A stretch of DNA of 64,000 nucleotides from contig CM022672.1 in the NCBI GenBank assembly GCA_012295275.1, positions 434,001 to 498,000 on the forward strand, written 5' to 3'. Below the pieces are notes generated by a model. That model saw nothing but the letters and a program-made list of their open reading frames with translations. It searched no databases and had not been told where the DNA came from. The position numbers and the translations under genes were made by a program. Shown here piece after piece: positions 52,846 to 64,000 of the stretch. The DNA comes from Chrysomallon squamiferum (Eukaryota; Animalia; Mollusca). Within the stretch, counting starts at the first letter, position 1. The number at the start of each line of letters is the position of its first letter.

Positions 52846-53759
52846 TGTCAACTATTAAGATTCTGTTCAAATCTGAAAGTCAAGATAAAAATAATAAATA
52901 CTGTAAATAATTATAGTAATATTTTGTCATTAACATGCTTTCAATAGATGTGATTTTGGGAATTTACTATCAGTATTCGCTCATCAGGTATAAAACAATT
53001 CACAAGGTAAAACAATCTAGTAGGTTCTATATATGTTTTGTTGTGTTGGAATGTTGTTGTGTTTTTTTTGGGGGGGGTTCAAATAATTTTGATAACAATC
53101 AATGTCAAATAAAAATTTATTATTTTTACTTGATTTTAATAATATATAAAACGTTAAACAATTAATAGAATTTTCATCAACCCTTTTCATATTTAATGTG
53201 GATGTAACTATTGTTTGTACTTTTCATTCATATCATGTATTATTAAGTACCTGTATAGAATACTTTATGAGTCACCTCATGGTAACTTTGAAGTTTTAAA
53301 ACCGACAACAGTGCAATTCTTAGTTTCTTTCTTTCATTAATTTAATTATTTTAATACCAGATTTAGTGATTATGGCTGATAGTGATATTAATTAGACATC
53401 TTCACAACAGTATTATTTGAACATTGCTTATGTTGTTTAATTTTACTTTAGCGTTTGACAAAAACTGGAAAAATCTGAAACACCAGTAGCTAAATAAGAT
53501 ATTAAAAGTCGACTTCTACAATTACAAATGTGCACCACTGTCATCAGTAATCTAAATATTGCCATTAGCGAACAGACGAACAAATGAAATTTAATTTTTA
53601 ATTAATTTCTACATATCGATAATTACACAGACGTTCGACAAGCTTAATGTATTTAATTATTGCTCCGGGTAAAATGGATTAATATATTTTGCGTGTTTAC
53701 TAACGTCAGACATGTCACCTGAATATATATCTAAGATGACATTTTATAGCACTAGACAG

Positions 53760-53790
53760 TGGACGCCATTGAAATACGGAAGTCACGTGT
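53760..53790 (-). promoter_or_regulatory. Putative HTT core promoter (E-box CACGTG, ETS CGGAAGT, YY1-like AATGGCG)
   Basis: ggacgccattgaaatacggaagtcacgtgt holds three adjacent housekeeping-promoter motifs in a locally CpG-rich patch about 0.9 kb upstream of the HTT ATG. Candidate donor cag|gtgaca at 53718. Confidence 0.55.
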
Positions 53791-55017
53791 ATGTTTATAG
53801 TGAAGTTAATTATAAATGAAAGGGCTATTTGTACGAAAACACCGATTTAAATCCTCGCGTCTAAATAAAATGCTTGAATTGAATTGCATTAAACTGAAAT
53901 TTATTAGGTAAAAATAATACTTATGATACACGATAAGTAAATAGTAAATAACCTCTAAAAAAATCAAAGATAACACACAAAAAGACACTACGTACACTTA
54001 TTTCCATTCTTGTCCTCTTATATTAAAAGGATGTGAGACAAACTGCAGCAGTACATTATTACAAGTAAATACACTTTAGTATTTACAAAACCATGTTCAT
54101 AAATGTTAATACATAATATTCAAATAATGATTTAATTACAAAATAATATAAAAGTAAATGATAATAAATAATAAAAAGTTTTGGGTATAAACCAACTTCC
54201 TAAATATCTATATGATGAATGTTCATTTAAAATCTAGTTAATAAATGATTTTAAAAATATGTATCAATTTTTTCAAGCAATTAACAAATATAAAATGATT
54301 ATTACAGAGAAGGATTAAATAGAATTGAAACCACACACACAAACACCAGATTTCATTAGTACATTACATAAATATTTGCACATCAGATTAGGTGTATAAT
54401 AAACTCTGATTTAACATTAACATTATTTATAATTAAATCTGATTTAACATTACTTTTACTCTTTAACACTGAGAAAAGATAACGAATTTTTCATTGTTAT
54501 AGTCATAATAATTTTATGAATAATGATAATTGAGCACATGACAGTCAGTTTCTATAACTGTATATTATTTTAGGTGCTTTAGTCTGTTTGTCCATTGCAA
54601 TATTCAAAATATTAATCGTGATAATTCAGATATTATTATTTTTATTATTATTGTTACTATTGTTGTTGTTGAGCTTTTGTTAAAAACATTTTTGTTTGTG
54701 ATATGGGACTTAATCACTTATATGTTTGAATGTGTAATTATTCTGTGTAGTCAGGAAATCCACCTTCTTCGTTTGCTCGATGATAATTTTAAAAATGCAG
54801 AAACTTAGAAAGTGGTGCGCATTTTTTCATAAAAGTTAGTACCGATAAAGAGTAGCACCATTTTAAATACCACAATATCAGTTTTTGGCATATAATTTCT
54901 TTGTTTTTAACAAACAGTATAAAGATAAATTATGGGATCAAAATATAAATTATTAGAAGAATGCTTAACTACATTTAGTACGGCTTCGTAAAAACAGTTA
55001 AAAGCAGGCCGATAAAT

Positions 55018-58000
55018 ATGTCCGAAGTGGGAGATTTGATTGTGAAGTTTCAGAAAAATGAACACAAAATAACAGGATTGCTAGATGTCGATACAATAGC
55101 AGATTTAAAAAATGCTATATACAAAGCAACCAGCGTTCTACCGGAGAGACAGAAACTTCTTGGTTTTAAAATCAAAGGTAACAAATTATTTACAAAATTG
55201 AAAAGCGAGTAAAAAATTGCTTTATTGTCAGTGATGTACATGTATCCGAATAGTCCCTAATTATGTTTTTCGTGGCTGTATAGTTAAAGTATTACCTGTG
55301 GTTTAATTAGTTAGAGATAGAAATATACCTGTGATCATAATTCTGTTGATGACTTAGGGGATAACTTATACAACATTTTTAATCTTTATTCTCTAAATCA
55401 TATAAGCGAATGCGTCATGTCATATTATGATATTACATTAAAAAAGAACAAAAAAGAACAAAAACATTCTCAAGCAAGTAGTTAAATGCATATTTTTGTA
55501 AGTAGATGATTCATAAAATAAAAGTTCTAATACTGTTTTCAAATATTTGTCTGCTTCAGGTAACCAGCTGACAGACGACCTGGTGTTGTCATCACTGAAA
55601 CTGAAACCTAATTCCAAGATTATGCTTATTGGTACCACAGAAGATGAACTGGTGAGACAGGTATAACAAGAATTTTCAAATCAAATCTTTTTAAGGGATA
55701 ACCAGAATTTTTTTTTTTTTTTTTCTTTATTTTTTTTTATTTTATTATTATTTATTTTTTTTTTTTTTTTTTTTTTTTTTGTAGTGGTTCTGTGGTTTAA
55801 AAAAAAAATGATGTTAATTGTCAGGAGTAAAATGCACTTACATACAACATGTAAAATGTGATGAATGTTCACTTGATGCATTCCATATAGTTCACTAAAG
55901 TTGAATTTAAAAATAACATACATATTGTTTTTCAGATCTGAGTTAATTACTATTTGCTACAGAGATCTGGTCATCAAATAAGATGGTCATTTATACTAAC
56001 ATTTTATCAGTATTGTTAATATTTTGCAGGCAAAAGTTGCAGAACCACCCAAAAACATTCCTGAAGTTGTCAATGATTTCGACATTGAAGATGAAGAAAT
56101 TGCTATTGAGAGCAGGTGATAAAAAAAATGTGTGTCATAACACATGTAATAAAAACAATACCTGTCACATGTATATTTTAATTTTCTCTAATTACTAGAC
56201 TATAGGAGTTTAATATTTTGAAATGAGTAACTAAAAATCATAATGCATTTAGAAAAGGGAGGAGCTTAAAATTGTAGTTGTTGAATTAGTTGTGAGTTAA
56301 ATGTAAAGATTCTTTTATTGAAAGAAATTCGGTGTAGATAGAACAGTGTTCATCATGACAAGAGTACTGAATGTAAAATTTTGTCTTCTACATAATGAGT
56401 ATATATTTTGTTTTAAAATATATGTTGAATTCTGTTTAGTTTATCATGCAAAATAATTTATATTCAGAGAGGAGTTTCTTACAAAGGTGGACAGACGTGT
56501 GAGAGAATATAAAATAAACATCCTGAATGAGCCTCGACCAGGGAAGAAACTACTTGTACTGGACATAGACTACACACTGTTTGGTATCAGTACCATTTTT
56601 AACAAACAAAATAGCTTTGTTTAAATTTTTCTAGAATAATCTTTTTTTTTCTTTTTTTTCTTTTTTAGAATCTCTGAATTAGCTTATTTCTGTTTTGTGA
56701 TGAGAGAAATTGAATTTAGTTGTCAGCTGAAAATCAGCTATATCTGAAATACTTTACAGACTTTTTTCCACTAATATTATATAACCTTTTTTTTCTCACA
56801 TATTATATATATATTAAAAATAATAATAATAAAAATAAAAGAAAATAAAAAATTAAATTTAATAAAAAAGTTGGAAATATCTATTCACATTTGTTGAAGT
56901 GCTATTGTTTTGAAAATAAAAATTTGTCTTTTGTAAATTTGTTTCAGATCACAGATCAGTTGCAGAAAATGTCCTGGAGTTGATGCGTCCCTACTTACAT
57001 GAATTTCTCACTTCAGCTTATGTTGATTATGACATTGTCATTTGGTGTAAGTATTTTCTGTTGATTGGTGTATTTAAGCAGATAATTACATTATTAATAA
57101 TGAGACATTATTATTTGGTGCATTTGCCTCTGAACATTGTAGATAATTACATCTTTTTAATTGTATTTAACTTTTGTTCATTGTTATTGCAGATAGCTAT
57201 ATAATTTTACAGTTGTATAGTGTTAAATATGTGTTTGTATGTTTGTGTTTGTGAGAGCACGCATGTGCATGTATGGTTTGTGTAAGAGATGTATAAAAGA
57301 TTTATTCATAATTTGTGTAAATAATTAATTTTTACTTGGTAGATTTACATGAACAAGTAAATGAATTTGTAATGACATTTCAGCATAAAACTATCCTGGC
57401 AGGTACATGAATGAAAATTAAATCAAGAAAGAAGTTTCATTGGTGTATCTATATTAACAGATGCACAGCAGAGATTATTTTATAGTTTTCCACAGATAGT
57501 GAAATATATATCATGGACATAGAAAAATTGACACTGATAAGAATTGATGCTGAGTATGTGTTACAGTGTGTTGTATAAAGTGTTGTATAATGTGTGGGTT
57601 TTTTCCAGCTGCAACTGGGATGAAGTGGATTGAGACGAAGATGAGAGCTCTGGGTGTGGAGACAAATGAAAATTACAAAATCTGTTTTTATCTCGACAGT
57701 GACGCCATGATCAGTGTGCACACACCAAAGTACGGAGTTATAGAGGTAGGGTTATATTCATAAACAGTACAGACACCAAATTGTTTGTCACATTATTATT
57801 TTTGTGTAAATATCAAACAGTTATTTACTGGCACACCTCAAAACAAGGAGACTGTAATGTTGTGCAGACTTTGATATGAAAACATTTGGATGTGATTGTG
57901 TATTTTTAAATGTGAAGTTGAGTATGATTAACCTAGCATCTAGACCACTGGTCACTGGAAATGAGTAACATGTATAAGTGTTTTATATGTATTAATTATG

Positions 58001-58914
58001 TTGTATGTAGTTAAATATTACTAATGACCTTTTTACAATGATTTGTTTTACTATATTTTTGTAATCATTATTGTTTTGTGCTGGGTTAAATGATGAAAAC
58101 ACTGACTGAGATGTGACATCTGTTTTCAGGTGAAGCCACTAGGTGTGATATGGGGCAAGTTCAGCCAGTGGTCAGCAAAAAACACCATCATGTTTGATGA
58201 CATCCGCAGAAACTTCATCATGAATCCACAGTCTGGACTAAAGGTTTTGTTAAAAAACTTAAAAACAACACAATTTGTTTTCACATAATTCTAGAGGTTC
58301 TTTAATTCTAAATCACTTATTACTAATACTTATTGCTTTATTAATGGCTGCAGTTCTGACTGTTGGAGTGAACAGCAGTAACCAAATCTGTTCTGTGGGA
58401 TTCTGTTCATACCGTCCTTGCAAATTCTTAAAAAATATTTTTATATGCAAATGTTTAAATCAAATTGACTTTAAATGTGAACTTTAAAAAAATAATGTTT
58501 TTCATTGTAACAAGCGGTAGTTGTGAGAAAACAAAGCTAAACATTGTGTGTATGATGATACAGAACGTTGTTTCTTGTTTTTAGATCCGACCATTCAAGA
58601 AGGCTCACTTCACACGTAACACAGATACAGAACTGCTGGAGTTGGCCAAGTATCTTAAAGACATTTCCACACTTGATGATTTCACTGTTTTGTGTCACAA
58701 AAAGTGGGAAAGGTGTGTTTAAACCTTTAATACTGAAAACTATTTGTTCTTATTCTGAACTAATAATCATTTTTTTTAATAATAACTGTTCAATAAATCT
58801 GTTAATTTATTCAAAATAAATATTAATTTAACTTAGTTACTGGAGGTAAATAACTGTCAGAGCCTGTTCTTTCTTTTTTCCAGATACAAGCCCAAATGGA
58901 AGAAATCCAGCTGA
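55018..58914 (+). CDS. UBLCP1: Ubiquitin-like domain-containing CTD phosphatase 1 (9 exons: 55018-55177, 55560-55651, 56030-56115, 56468-56583, 56948-57046, 57609-57745, 58130-58243, 58585-58712, 58884-58914; 320 aa)
   Basis: UBL domain ([12 protein letters not shown]), HAD motif [67 protein letters not shown]. All phases are consistent. Confidence 0.97.
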
Positions 58915-59584
58915 AGCAATTAGGGCAGCAAAGATCAAGGATGATAAGACATGATTTCTGATTGGTGTGAAACTCTAATGTGTTGTTTCCATGTAACTGA
59001 TTGGCTGGTGATATTATTTCTGCTTTGCAGGTCTTTCATGAGTATATAAATAAATATTTCTGCAACACAAGAAGATGGTGTTTTGAATGGTGAAAGATGA
59101 AAGAAAATGTTTATATCATTCAGAAGATAGCACTTTCACAGTCATTCTGTATCTTTTACCACATTACAGCTTCCATAAAATTCTCACTAACATGTTCGCA
59201 TGACACATCAGAACTTTCATATTAAAACGTGGAGTCAGTAAATGTACTGTGTAAATGTAATAAATTTGTTAGAGGAATTCAGTAGACATTTGTTTTTCTT
59301 TTTTAAAAACAAAACAACTTTGTATTTGTTTAACAGTAAAGAAATAGGGAAAAAAAAACAACTAGCAGTATATCTTTGTCAATATCTTAACAATTGTCAG
59401 AAACAAAATATTAATTTTTAAAAAATAAAATGAAACAGTCAATACTTTTCTGTTTAGTGTTACAGATAGTGTGAGTATTTATTATTTACACAGATTTTTA
59501 GAGATTCAAGAAGGGGTCTAAACATTTCACATTTTTACTGGTAAAATTTAAATTATTGGTCATTGCTTTATCAGTGAATACAAG

Positions 59585-59905
59585 ATATGCCATTGCTTAA
59601 ACACAGTACATGATATGTTACTGCTTTAATACACTGTGTACATGATATGTTACTGCTTTAACACACAGTACATGATATGTTACTGCTTTAATACACTGAG
59701 TATATGATATGTTACTGCTTTAACACACAGTACATGATATGTTACTGCTTTAATACACAGTACATGATATGTTACTGCTTAAATACACTCAGTATATGAT
59801 ATGCCATTGCTTTAACACACAGTATATGATATGTCATTGCTTTAACATTTAAGTACATGATATGTCATTGCTTTAACATTAAGTACATGATATGTCATTG
59901 CTTTT
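59585..59905. repeat. About 30-32-bp minisatellite, about 10 copies
   Basis: agtacatgatatgttactgctttaacacac repeated. Confidence 0.9.
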
Positions 59906-62900
59906 TAACTGAGGAGGAGTATATGGGCACACAAAATACAACTTCCTGTTAACTGAAAAAACTGATGCATGGCTGTAGTAGGTTTCTTCTTTTGTTACTT
60001 TTATACATTTAAACAATCTTGGTAGAGTGACTTTGTATTTGCATACACAAGCTTCCACACCTACACATTAATCAGTAATAGACGATGTGCCTCAGATTTG
60101 TGGAAAACAAGTCACACACTGTGTTATGTTCAAAAATTATTTTATTCATAATTTTTATTTTTTGAATTTTTTTTAAGCAGGATTATTTCCTACATTAACA
60201 ATGGTGAAAACCAAAACAAAAAATATATATAATAAAAAAAATTGTACATACACCATTTCTATGAAATGGCTCGTTTGTAATAGATATCAAAACTCCCCCT
60301 TCTAAAGCCCCAAAACTTATAAAATAAGTAAGGAAATCTGAAGCTGTAATTTGTTGATTTAATTCGCTCAGTTTGTTACAATTCACTGGATGTTAATGGT
60401 GGGCCAAGAATTTGGCACATATGAAGACCTCTTTAAAAATTATAGAAATTTATTTGGTTCAGTACTGGCTCATACCAATAGTCTGATTTTGATTTGATAA
60501 ACATTTTTAACATTTAGAAAAAAGAACAAACATTTAAAACTAAGTTCTTTTGTTTGTAATTTACATATATAAAACAGACAGCTATTATCAATTACAAACA
60601 ACCATTTTTAAACAATAGCTTCAGTCTCAACAAGAAAAGAAAAAACAAACCTAACAAATCCTGTATATGTTGCAGAATTAAGCTGACATTGGTTTTATTT
60701 TATAAAGAATAATAAACGTTATTGGCACAGTAGTATGTTGAAAACAGCTGTTAGTTACAAACAGCACTAAGATGATAAAACATGATCTCATTAAAGTAAC
60801 AATAAACATTTCAACAATAAAACAGCAGGAGACAGTTTTTCCACATAAAATAAATTTACCCCCCAACCCCCAAAAATCCATAAACAAAATAAAGATTTTT
60901 TTTACATGTTTTTTAATGCAAATACAAAAACAAAAACAAACCCTCATATAAACCCCTCAAAACTATATATATATATATATATAACCAACAATTTTGTTTC
61001 ATTTCTTTACTTTAAAAAAAAATAATATACAGACCATCTGTCTACATATAAAAATTAAACAGTTTTAGGAATTGGTTGATCAACTTGAAATGATTATGAG
61101 TTTTTTAAGCCATTTGCAGATACCTTCAATAATATTTTTGATCTTCACTTTGGTAGCATGCTTGAAAAATATATGACATATTATATATTATTTTTCTTCT
61201 GTGATATTGACTTTGTTAACTTACAATTTAAAGAATATTTGTTATTATTAACATTTGATTTAACAGAAGTTTGAGAAGGAACATTGTGAAAACAGATACT
61301 GTTTTGATCAATTAGGACATTTGTGAAATTATGTTGAAAATCTTTCATATTAGTCTTTTCAAGATATATATATATATATTGGTTAAAAAATGTAATTTCA
61401 TAAAATGTCTCTAGATTTAAAAAATATTCTGAGTAATAAAAAATGAAAATGAGGAAAAACAAAAAACTGAGGTAAAGTTAGAGGAAACAAAAGTCATGGC
61501 AATAAATCTTGTGGTAGCATTTTGTAAATTACACAAGTGTGGTAATATTAACTGTCTGGTATAAATAAATATTATAACATGTAGAAATAAAGAAAAAACA
61601 AGCCATATTAACATTTTTTACATGCCAAGATACCATTTCGTGTCATATACTGCATTTAGATATTCCAGTAAAATGATTCAAAACCCAACTTTGTATATTA
61701 TTTATTCTGTGAATGAAAAAAAAAGGGTCTTTTAAATTTTGAGCATAAATTGTTGTAAATGTGGCACATACAAATTGCTTTCTTATGCAAGTTAAACATC
61801 ACCACATCATGTAAGAGATATAGCCAGTGTTTCAGATTTAATGAACTAAAAGTTAATAACTGAATAGGACAAGGTATGAAATAAAGTGTAAGACCTTACT
61901 GTATGACAGCTTGTACAGATAAATTATTAATTGTCAGCAACAAGCATGATTACAAAGACCAACAAAATTCAGTTTGTGGTTTTCTTAGCACAGAGGTTAC
62001 ATAGATAATTGTATACAGGTTTAGAAAAAAATCACAGAGTTATTTTTTTTATTCATCTGCTATATCCATTATCTATGTGACACTTTTTTTTTTTTTTTTT
62101 TATGAATTAAATTTATGGAAATATATTTACTGTTTATATAAGTTTATATTTAGTAAAATTAGAGAAATGTGGAATAATAATAAACAGTTTTTACTGCAGT
62201 TGTCACAATCCACATGTTCTTGTATGTTTTCTTTTACATAAATTACAATATTGCTTGGAAGATTATCTTGTTTTCACAGAGCTACATAAAAACAGATGGA
62301 AGAATCTGAAAAAGAATCTTGTCATGACACAAAAGCTAAAATACTCAAACTCTGAATGTGAAACAAAATTTGTAGGAAAACAATTGATATCACATTTTTA
62401 ACAAACATACAAAATTAATCTAAACAGCCCAAAAAAAAAAATTAAATTAAATTAAATAAAAGAATGCCAATCCCCTCCCAAAAATTGACTTAAATACTAA
62501 ACTGAACTACAAATATTGATATATGAATCCATGTTTTACAGAATTCTTACTGAGTATGAAACTTAATCACATTACATACTGCTGTATGTAAAACTAATCT
62601 AAATGATTTACTACAACATATATTAATTAAAAATAAAATAATCATTTATTATGATGTTAAGGTGTGGAAGACATGTTTTTAAAATTTGAAAAGTAAATTA
62701 AAAGCAAATACAGCTTTTTTATAATTACGCAATCACAACCTTTGTAAATTAAATAAAAAGTAAGAAAAAATACAAATAAATAAATAACACAAAAAATAAT
62801 AAATCACATTAGATTATCACTCATGAAACTCACATTTTTCAACTAATTAATTAATTTAACTGTTGTTTTAGGGTTTATAACAATCTTGATAAGAAAATAG

Positions 62901-63499
62901 ATACATTTGTTCAATATTGATAACTTTAAGCAAATAGAGTTAACCTTTATTTAGTATACAGAGTGTTGTTTTATATTCAGTAACTAAAATCATGCAGAAT
63001 GACATGTTTATGCAAAAAATAAATTAAAAAAAAGAAGAAGAAGAAATAAACAGCAGTAAAAAGGATTTCTAATCATGGTGTAAGATTAACACTGATAATC
63101 CATATCTTGTACATCAAATCATCAAATCTCAGTAAAAGATCTGTTATATTAAAACATGCAAATCCCTGTATTCTCTCAAAGTACATGAAACAACTTCACC
63201 CAAATACATGAAAATATTCCACACATTATAGAAAAACATCATAACCCAACTACTTGAAAACATTTATACACTCACTTCAAAATACATCACCTCATAACAA
63301 ACACACGAAAACATTTATACAAGTCTCCAAACATACTGGTGCTTTATGATACCCCAATCCCTGTATAGCCTAGTCCCTATAACTTGAAACTCCAGCCCTA
63401 CTCAACATCTGAATGGAACTGTGCAAAAAAAAAAAAAAAAAAAAAAAATCTATTTACAAATGTAAAATGCTGTCACAAGGCAGTCGTGCACTGCACTTT

Positions 63500-63650
63500 G
63501 TTATTTACATGTATTTACAGTAATGATAATTTACATATAGCAGTAACAGTACTTTACATATAATGGTAATGACAATTTACATGTAGTGGTTGTAGTATTT
63601 TATATATAGCAGTAACAGTAATTTACATAGAGTGGTAATAGTAATTTATC
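63500..63650. repeat. About 22-bp degenerate minisatellite
   Basis: atttacatatagcagtaacagt-like units. Confidence 0.6.
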
Positions 63651-64000
63651 TACATTAACAATCACAGTTTACAAGACGGATATGACACACATACATAAAC
63701 TCTCATGTCACAGATTATATACACAACTTTCACTGGATATGAACAAACAAAAACTAGAGTTAAAACCTGTCTGAGAACATAATGTCAAAAACGGCTGCAT
63801 CTGAATTTGTTACTGACCCTTTTTATTTTTAAAAAACAATTATTCTCCACAATATAAAGTTAAAATATGACATGAGAGTGGTTTTCTTGTTGAATTGAAA
63901 ACAATATTAAGAAATAAAGATTAAAGCTTTTTATCAAACTAAAAGTAAAATATTTCATTTTGATTTGCATTTGGAAGTTTATAGAAAGATAAAAATTCAC

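Noticed and set aside
58955-59010. Two CCAAT boxes and an X-box-like motif after the UBLCP1 stop
   Set aside because: They lie in the 3'UTR with no adjacent gene start visible; likely chance.
60100-64000. Possible gene or ncRNA at the end of the window
   Set aside because: No coding exons or RNA-gene motifs recognised. The composition fits a long 3'UTR of a minus-strand gene outside the window, but I cannot support this.

Overview
AT-rich, intron-rich eukaryotic genomic DNA. Gene content and style suggest an invertebrate animal, possibly a mollusc or other lophotrochozoan (inference only). Five protein-coding loci can be read by splicing exons by hand: (1) the 3' part of a clarin-family gene (+) with two homologous alternative terminal exons; (2) a C6orf163-like coiled-coil gene (+); (3) EXOSC1/CSL4 (-, 8 small exons, absent from the ORF track); (4) full-length huntingtin HTT (-, about 55 coding exons, N17 present, no polyQ); (5) UBLCP1 (+), divergent from HTT. 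Two U12-type introns (EXOSC1, last HTT intron), a likely GC-AG intron, a deleted hAT/Charlie transposon with an 8-bp TSD and a small MITE are visible. The most unusual pattern is that many tandem repeats sit on splice junctions and copy the splice site plus flanking exon sequence up to about 18 times, with some diverged copies having lost the GT/AG. Most short ORFs in the supplied track are exon read-throughs or microsatellite artefacts.
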